Shown here: one piece after another, positions 27,263-33,844 of the stretch
Position numbering within the stretch: the first letter of the stretch is position 1
Layout: every line of letters begins with the position of its first letter
Assembly (NCBI GenBank): GCA_043818275.1
Contig: JBDRFY010000009.1
Location: 1-33,844 of the forward strand
Direction of reading: 5' to 3'
DNA length: 33,844 nt
DNA from: a bacterium
GTDB taxonomy: Bacteria; Babelota; Babeliae; Babelales; JAUWHS01
The notes under the pieces: model-generated
The model's database searches: none
What the model was told of the DNA's origin: nothing
What the model saw: only the letters and a program-made list of their open reading frames with translations
Translations under genes and position numbers: made by a program

Positions 27263-29355
27263 AAAATATAAAACTTTTTTTTATTTTATTTTTATTAATA
27301 ACAAATTTATCAATAATTTATTGTAGTAATGAAACAATCGGATCTGATTCAGCTGTTTCCAGGCAAGCTTATCATCAATTTTCAGGATTTAATAATAGGG
27401 TGGCAGGATTTGCATCTATGGAAAATGGTTTTTATTTTCAGGATAAATATACAACATGCACATTCGATTCATCTTTTCCTGTAGATGGCACCCTTGATCT
27501 AAGGGAGGGAACAATTTATTTAAATAAAAATTTAAAATTAAATGGCGCAATTGATTTTGTCTCGTCAACAACAATTTATGGTAACAATAACTTTATAGAA
27601 TTTGGCCTTCCTCTAAATTTCACCGATCCAATTTTAACACTAACTATGCCTACAAATAATCTCGGCCAATTTATCATATTAGATACAGAACCATTTGCAT
27701 CATCTTTGTGGTCACTTGACTGGAATTGCAACAACGAATATATAACTGTAAACGAAAATACTATTCTTTATATATATTATTTTATGGATGGAACCATATC
27801 CCGAACAGCTTCTGTAAATACTGCCGGAACAATTTATAGTACACGGTGGCACCCAATTTGTCATGATATTGCAATTGGAAGATCGGGAAGTGGAAATAGA
27901 CTGGAAGTTTATCGGTGGAACATATCAAATGGAACAATAAGTCTTGTTAGTTCTGTTGACACCGGAGCAAATGTCATGGCTGTTAATTGGCATCCAAATG
28001 GCAAATATCTTGCAATATTGCGGCTAACCGATCCAGAACTGCAAATATATTCTTATAATGGAACAAATTTAACTTATTTAACACAAATAGATATACCAGG
28101 AGGAACAAGGGGGATAAATATAGATACATTATTATCCTGGCGTGGAGATGGAAAATATATTGCATCCGGATTTACAGCCTCCGCCACAGATAGTGAAATA
28201 TATGTTCATGGTTTTAACGGGACAACTTTAACCTTAAGTTCAAGCGCTGATCCAGGAGAATCTGTTGCAACACTTGATTGGTCACAAACAAATTCTTTGA
28301 TTGCTGTAGGGCTCGCAGGAAGCTTAGAACGATTAAGAATCTATAAACACAATGCAATCGGAAATACATTAATTGAACAACAAACATCAAGAACAGGTGA
28401 AGTAAACGTTGTTCAAACCGTTTCATGGAAACCTGATGGAAAATATTTGGCGTTCGCAAGAAATAATGGTACTGGTCCTGAAATTCAGGTACATAAATAC
28501 AACAAAACAACAAAAAAATTAAGTGATCAAACCGGATTCGATTTAAGTCCATATGATGGTTACAACATTAGATGGTCCAGTGTAGTTGAAGGAAGTAACG
28601 AAGTGTTTTTTGCAGGTTTTGATTCAAACAACACTTTATATATTTTTCAAATTAGAAATAATCCAATCTGGCTTCATGATACAAATATAATATTTCATTC
28701 TGATGCAAATCCTAAAGTTGGAATGATTTTTAATGGCAAAAGTTCAATTAATGCAAACAATCATGTAATTTATCTTAATATATTAGGAAATATTAAAGTT
28801 TATGGAAATTCAACATTGAAATTAAAAAATATAATTTTTAAAGATGTAAGCGCAGATAACATTACAAATTTAAGTAATTCAGGAAAAATAATTTTTGATA
28901 ATGTAACTTTAATACCAAAAAGAAATATAACTTTTCCTTTGGGAACCTTTGAAATTTACAATGATTTAAACATTTCCGGAAATTATATCTTTTATTATCA
29001 AAGCAACAAACAAAGTACCATTCATTCAGGCGCATCAATTCAATTAAAAGATAACGCGACATTTAGTTATTCTCCATCATCAGCATCAAATAATTTAATA
29101 ATAATGGAAGATGAAACCTCAACCATTTATTTAAATGAAGGTTCATTTCATTCAACCTCAACCGGCTGCCAATTAACAAAAGGAAAGCTTAAGGTTAAGG
29201 GGGATTGTTCTATAATTAGTGACGCGACAATTAAAAGTAATGGTATAAAGTTTGGTGATGGAATCAATAGCAATAATAATTTAAATATAGATATTGAATC
29301 CTCATCAAACTTATCTTTAATTTCTGGACATCTGGCATATAAAAATATTAACTGA
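27259..29355 (+). CDS. Secreted beta-solenoid-like protein with an inserted WD40 beta-propeller, type A copy 1
   Basis: Seven repeats of the type LDW/WHP/WKPDGKYLA; ATGA overlap with the upstream gene. Confidence 0.85.
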   Translation: MKNIKLFFILFLLITNLSIIYCSNETIGSDSAVSRQAYHQFSGFNNRVAGFASMENGFYFQDKYTTCTFDSSFPVDGTLDLREGTIYLNKNLKLNGAIDFVSSTTIYGNNNFIEFGLPLNFTDPILTLTMPTNNLGQFIILDTEPFASSLWSLDWNCNNEYITVNENTILYIYYFMDGTISRTASVNTAGTIYSTRWHPICHDIAIGRSGSGNRLEVYRWNISNGTISLVSSVDTGANVMAVNWHPNGKYLAILRLTDPELQIYSYNGTNLTYLTQIDIPGGTRGINIDTLLSWRGDGKYIASGFTASATDSEIYVHGFNGTTLTLSSSADPGESVATLDWSQTNSLIAVGLAGSLERLRIYKHNAIGNTLIEQQTSRTGEVNVVQTVSWKPDGKYLAFARNNGTGPEIQVHKYNKTTKKLSDQTGFDLSPYDGYNIRWSSVVEGSNEVFFAGFDSNNTLYIFQIRNNPIWLHDTNIIFHSDANPKVGMIFNGKSSINANNHVIYLNILGNIKVYGNSTLKLKNIIFKDVSADNITNLSNSGKIIFDNVTLIPKRNITFPLGTFEIYNDLNISGNYIFYYQSNKQSTIHSGASIQLKDNATFSYSPSSASNNLIIMEDETSTIYLNEGSFHSTSTGCQLTKGKLKVKGDCSIISDATIKSNGIKFGDGINSNNNLNIDIESSSNLSLISGHLAYKNIN

Positions 29356-29379
29356 TCAAAAAAAGGAAAAAGGATTAAC

Positions 29380-30945
29380 ATGCAAAAATTAATTTTTGCA
29401 ATCATATTTCTTCTGACGCAAATAACATCATTTAAATTAATTTATTCTGATATTAATTCCAAAAGCAATTCTTCTAAAATAACATTAAATACAGGCACAA
29501 CTCTTTCAATTAAAAATGAAATTTCCAATTACACCGGAACAATAGAAAAGGAAGAAAATTCAACAATAACAGGAAGCAACATAAACTTTAATGAAGGATC
29601 ATTAAAAGAATCTGGAAATAAAATAAATATTACTGGAGCACTGGAACAAACGGGAAAAATTCTTTTAAATGGAAATAAATCTTTAAGATCAAAAGAAGGA
29701 AAAGTTTATCAGCAAATTGAAGTAAGTGCTCAAAATAATAAAATCGAAGGAAATATCTTAACTGAAAATGACATTCTTATTTTAGATGAAAACGCAAGTG
29801 TTACACTTGCAATAACAAACAAGCTTCCGGTAAATATTCAACTAGGTAACGGCACAATCTATTTGCTGGAAGACCTTAATTTTTTAGATGGAAAAAAAAT
29901 CATTGGTAGTACAAAATCTGCTTCAGAAGGCATAATTGAACCAATCGGAGGAGTATCAATAATTTTAAACGCTGAAGAACTTGAATGGGAAAAAGATATT
30001 CATTTTGGACGTCGAACAACTCTGGTATTTAACTCTAATGTTAAACTGTCAGCAAGCTGGACATTCGGCGGAAGATCAAATCATGTAATTGAAGGAAACA
30101 ATAATATTTTATTTCTGGAAGATTTGGGGCAAATTAACATAGACTCTAATTCTCAGTTGTTTATCAGAAACTTAACAATAAATGGATTATCCGGAACAAA
30201 TATAAAATGTTTATATGATAATGCCCAAATCACATTTCAAAATGTTCAAATAATTCTATTCGATAATTATTCATTTCAAACAGGAGCTTTTCAAGCGCAA
30301 GATTATTTAGCTCTATCTGGACCATATCAATTTAACTATCAAAGTAATCAAGTAAGCACTGTAAAAGCAGAAACAACATTAATCTTAGATGAAAACATTA
30401 CATTTAGTTATGATCCAGGAATAGCTAGTAAAAACTTAATAGCTCTAGAAGATTCAACTTCAACGCTACAAATAAATAATGCAACATTACACACAACTAT
30501 GACAGGATTACAACTAAAAACAGGAAAATTATTAATTAATAATAACGCTATCCTATCTTCTGAAAAACAATTTTTTATAGAAGGTGAAGAAAATATCCTC
30601 GAAAATAATTTAACGTTTACTTTGATCATATTAGACGAAGGCATAACACTAGGAAATAATAACAGCCTCGAAGATCTAACATGCGAAATATCTAAAGGAG
30701 CAAAATTAAACATATATGGCTCTTTAATTTATAAAAATATAAATGAAAGTTCATGGATTATGAATCAAGATCAGTCATCAATTGAAATTCAACCAGATTC
30801 AAGTATCAAGCTTTACAATTCTATAAACCTAGATAAAGGCCAAATAAATTTCTACCTAAACTCCAATCTAGAAAAATATGAAGATAAAAAAATTACCGGA
30901 CCAATAAATGCAAAGGGTAAAATTCGACAAAGGAATTTATCGTGA
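29380..30945 (+). CDS. Secreted beta-solenoid-like protein, type B copy 2
   Basis: Signal peptide; INFN.G.L..S.NKI..TG, TENDI..LDEN, FSYDPGI and NNATLH.T.TG.QL shared with 25661..27262. Confidence 0.8.
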   Translation: MQKLIFAIIFLLTQITSFKLIYSDINSKSNSSKITLNTGTTLSIKNEISNYTGTIEKEENSTITGSNINFNEGSLKESGNKINITGALEQTGKILLNGNKSLRSKEGKVYQQIEVSAQNNKIEGNILTENDILILDENASVTLAITNKLPVNIQLGNGTIYLLEDLNFLDGKKIIGSTKSASEGIIEPIGGVSIILNAEELEWEKDIHFGRRTTLVFNSNVKLSASWTFGGRSNHVIEGNNNILFLEDLGQINIDSNSQLFIRNLTINGLSGTNIKCLYDNAQITFQNVQIILFDNYSFQTGAFQAQDYLALSGPYQFNYQSNQVSTVKAETTLILDENITFSYDPGIASKNLIALEDSTSTLQINNATLHTTMTGLQLKTGKLLINNNAILSSEKQFFIEGEENILENNLTFTLIILDEGITLGNNNSLEDLTCEISKGAKLNIYGSLIYKNINESSWIMNQDQSSIEIQPDSSIKLYNSINLDKGQINFYLNSNLEKYEDKKITGPINAKGKIRQRNLS

Positions 30946-32996
30946 TACAAATATTTATCTACATAATTTTTTTATTAACAACTAGTTCAGCCTTTTGTGA
31001 TAACGACACAATTGGATCAGATTCCGCACCATCAAGACAATCTTATTATGAATTTTCTGGTTTTAATAATCGAATCGCTGGCTTTGCTGCTATGGAACAA
31101 GGCTTTTCGTTACAAGATCAAAACACAACTTGTACATTTGATTCAACTTTTCCTGTTAATTATTTTGTAAATCTAAATCACGGCACTCTATATTTAAACA
31201 ATCATTTAAATTGTGATGAACACACAGAAATACCAAACTCTGTCAATATTTATTGTAATGATTACGATATTTTATTTCCACACACTTACAATTCTGAAAG
31301 TTTAACTATTCCATCTCTGGGTAATTTTTCAGAAATTAAAAATACAACATTATCTGCTGTTTCTTATTCCTTAGACTGGAGTTATGATGATAAATATATC
31401 GCTATAAATTCTGGAGCTTCTCTAGAGATTTACTACTTTGAGGATAATACTGTTACGCTTACAGCATCAACTACACTAGCAGGCACAATTAATACATTAG
31501 AATGGCAACCAAACAATTATAAAATTGCAATCGGTCGACTTGGTTCCGGAAATACGTTAGCTGTCTACAAATGGAATGTTCATAATGGAACAATAAGTTT
31601 AGTTAACAGTGTTAGTCCTGGAACAGCAATTAACTCCGTAAGCTGGCATCCGACAGGAAACTATGTTGCATGCTTGAGAAGCACAAGCAACGAATTATAT
31701 CTTTATTCCTTTAATGGAACTTCTCTAACTTTTTTAACAAGTATTGATATTCCTGGTGGAACAAGAACTTCATACTTACCACACCTATTAAGTTGGAGAT
31801 CCGATGGAAAATATCTAGCCTCAGGTTACTATCAATTCGCAGGCCAACCAGAACTTTATATACACTCTTTTAATGGATTAAGTTTAACCCTAAGCGCAAG
31901 CGCTGAAGTAGATAATTTTGTCATAGGTTTGGATTGGTCTCCAACAGATTCTTTAATAGCAGTTGGTCTTTGGTCAACAACAGAAAATTTAAGAGTTTTT
32001 CAACATAATGCTAATGCAGGTTCATTAATTGAATTAACATCAGCAAGAATGGGAGTAACTCAAACAGTTAGAAATGTTGATTGGCGTAGTGATGGAAAAT
32101 ATTTGGGTTTTGCAAAATTTGATGGAGCTGGAAACGAATATCAAGCACTTTTCTGGGATGAAAAAGCTAAAATTTTAAATTCGGCTGCCGGTTATAATTT
32201 GGTTGGAGCTCATGGTTACTCATTGAAATGGTCAAATAATCAAAAAAATATTGCCGCATGTGGCTCAAGCAGAAATTTTCGAGTTTTTGAATTTGTATCA
32301 ATGCCAATTTCCATATATGACGGCAATTTAATTTTTAATTCAGACGTCAATATAACAAATACAATCACACTTAGTAACAAATGCCAAATAGATGGCAATA
32401 ATAACAAAATCTCTTTTGAAAAAAATGGGAATATTTTAGTTGACACAAACTCAACAGTAACATTAAAAAACATAATTTTCGAAAATGTAAAATCTAATAA
32501 AATAGGATGCCTGGATAACACAGGAAAAATAATTTTTGATAATGTAACATTAAATTTAAATAACAAGACCAACTTTCAATACGGAAGCTTTGAAATTGAA
32601 AATAAACTGAAAATTTCTGGCGAATATCATTTTTCTTATCAGACAACAAAACAAAGTAAAATTAATTCCGGCGCAATTTTAGAATTAAAAGATGGCGCGA
32701 CTTTAAGTTATGAACCAAATTCAAATAACAATAATCTAATTATTCTGCAAGATTCAACATCACAAATCTATTTAAATGAAGCGACACTGCATTCAACAAC
32801 AACAGGAATACAATTAACAAAGGGAACATTAAAAGTAAAAGGCTTATGTTTTATTGATAGCGACGCGATAACGAAAGCTCAAGCAGTTAAATTTGGTGAT
32901 GGTTTAATTTCAGGTAACAATTTAAATATTAATATTGAACCGGAATCAAATTTAAATTTAATTAATGGTTATTGGACTTATAAAAATGTTAATTAA
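30942..32996 (+). CDS. Secreted beta-solenoid-like protein with an inserted WD40 beta-propeller, type A copy 2
   Basis: GTG start overlapping the upstream TGA; seven W-x-P/S-D-G-K-Y-type blades; full-length paralogue of 27259..29355. Confidence 0.85.
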   Translation: MIQIFIYIIFLLTTSSAFCDNDTIGSDSAPSRQSYYEFSGFNNRIAGFAAMEQGFSLQDQNTTCTFDSTFPVNYFVNLNHGTLYLNNHLNCDEHTEIPNSVNIYCNDYDILFPHTYNSESLTIPSLGNFSEIKNTTLSAVSYSLDWSYDDKYIAINSGASLEIYYFEDNTVTLTASTTLAGTINTLEWQPNNYKIAIGRLGSGNTLAVYKWNVHNGTISLVNSVSPGTAINSVSWHPTGNYVACLRSTSNELYLYSFNGTSLTFLTSIDIPGGTRTSYLPHLLSWRSDGKYLASGYYQFAGQPELYIHSFNGLSLTLSASAEVDNFVIGLDWSPTDSLIAVGLWSTTENLRVFQHNANAGSLIELTSARMGVTQTVRNVDWRSDGKYLGFAKFDGAGNEYQALFWDEKAKILNSAAGYNLVGAHGYSLKWSNNQKNIAACGSSRNFRVFEFVSMPISIYDGNLIFNSDVNITNTITLSNKCQIDGNNNKISFEKNGNILVDTNSTVTLKNIIFENVKSNKIGCLDNTGKIIFDNVTLNLNNKTNFQYGSFEIENKLKISGEYHFSYQTTKQSKINSGAILELKDGATLSYEPNSNNNNLIILQDSTSQIYLNEATLHSTTTGIQLTKGTLKVKGLCFIDSDAITKAQAVKFGDGLISGNNLNINIEPESNLNLINGYWTYKNVN

Positions 32997-33055
32997 AAAT
33001 ATGCTAAAATAATTTTTAGTAAAAAATTGTAAAATTTCCGCGGAGTTTTTTGAAT

Positions 33056-33844
33056 ATGAAAAATTTACCAATCGGCATTCAGACATTTGAAGAAATTATA
33101 AACAATCATTATCTCTATATTGATAAAACAAAACAAATTTATGACATCATAACAACCGGAAAAGCATATTTTTTGTCCCGTCCCCGCAGATTTGGAAAAT
33201 CGTTGCTTTGTTCAACATTAGAACAAATCTTTAAAGGCAACAAAGAATTATTTAGAGATTTGTGGATTTATAATTCAGATTATAAATGGGAAGCGCATCC
33301 TGTAATCAGCATAAGCATGCCAAAAACCAGCCGCGGTTGCCCAGGTGAATTTGAAAAATGGCTTAATGAAAAAATATCAGACACAGCAAAAGAAAATTCA
33401 ATTGATATTGGCGCATCTCAAACAATACAAAGCAGTTTTTCAAAAATCATAAAAGAATTATCTAAAAAAAATAAAGTCGTAATTATTATTGATGAATACG
33501 ACAAACCAATTTTGGACAACATTTCAGATCTTAAATCCGCTGAAAAAACCAGAGAAATATTGCGCAATTTTTATTCCACATTTAAAGATCTTGACCAATA
33601 TCTAAAATTTATCTTTCTGACAGGTGTTACCAGATTTTCAAAAGTATCTCTTTTTTCCGGTTTGAATAATCTATACGATTTAACAATTGGGGAAGAAGCG
33701 GCAACATTATTTGGCTATACACAAAAAGAGGTTGAATTTTATTTCAACGATTACGTAGAATCCATTGCAAAAAAGCATAATACTTCTAAAACACAGATTT
33801 TTTTGCAATTAAAAAATTGGTATAACGGTTACAGTTTTATTAAC
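33056..33844 (+). CDS. AAA-ATPase-like protein (family usually fused to a C-terminal PD-(D/E)XK nuclease), truncated by the window edge
   Basis: Own translation: MKNLPIGIQTFEEII...YIDKT...YFLSRPRRFGKS (Walker A), VIIIDEYDKP (Walker B), FIFLTGVTRFSKVSLFSGLNNL, WYNGYSF; no stop in the window. Confidence 0.9.
   Translation, partial: MKNLPIGIQTFEEIINNHYLYIDKTKQIYDIITTGKAYFLSRPRRFGKSLLCSTLEQIFKGNKELFRDLWIYNSDYKWEAHPVISISMPKTSRGCPGEFEKWLNEKISDTAKENSIDIGASQTIQSSFSKIIKELSKKNKVVIIIDEYDKPILDNISDLKSAEKTREILRNFYSTFKDLDQYLKFIFLTGVTRFSKVSLFSGLNNLYDLTIGEEAATLFGYTQKEVEFYFNDYVESIAKKHNTSKTQIFLQLKNWYNGYSFIN

Noticed and set aside
3554..32572. Short antisense or overlapping ORFs in the track (e.g. 3554-3838, 7172-7384, 7372-7656, 13057-13374, 26185-26526, 32240-32572)
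   Set aside because: They are shadows of well-supported genes, with no motifs or ribosome-binding sites.
22109..32996. Classical autotransporters or chlamydial Pmp proteins
   Set aside because: No C-terminal beta-barrel signature or terminal aromatic residue, and no regular GGA(I/L/V)/FxxN repeats.
22109..32996. Diversity-generating retroelement targeting the paralogues
   Set aside because: No reverse transcriptase and no near-identical TR/VR pair with adenine-specific differences was seen.

Overview
This AT-rich (roughly 25-30% GC by eye) chromosomal window most resembles Candidatus Babeliae (Dependentiae/TM6, protist endoparasites); that assignment is inferred from gene content and the Phe-rich signal peptides. 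The left half holds housekeeping genes: LysE, glmM, DUF502, LptF/G, tlyA, typA, an HtrA-like protease, pssA, grpE and nrdG-nrdD. typA is bracketed by two large nested palindromic REP/REPIN-like elements that share an architecture but not a sequence. The middle holds a tandem array of four secreted alpha/beta-hydrolase-like paralogues. Only one keeps the catalytic GxSxG, and one is frameshifted in a poly-T tract inside its signal peptide. A DPS-like ferritin, a SagB-type nitroreductase and a SAM methyltransferase follow. The right third is an 11-kb array of five secreted beta-solenoid-like proteins: one three-module fusion, then two translationally coupled pairs whose second member carries an inserted 7-bladed WD40 propeller. 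A CTAG-rich patch there suggests mosaic recombination. The window ends in a truncated AAA-ATPase-like gene. I saw no rRNA, tRNA, CRISPR array or transposase.
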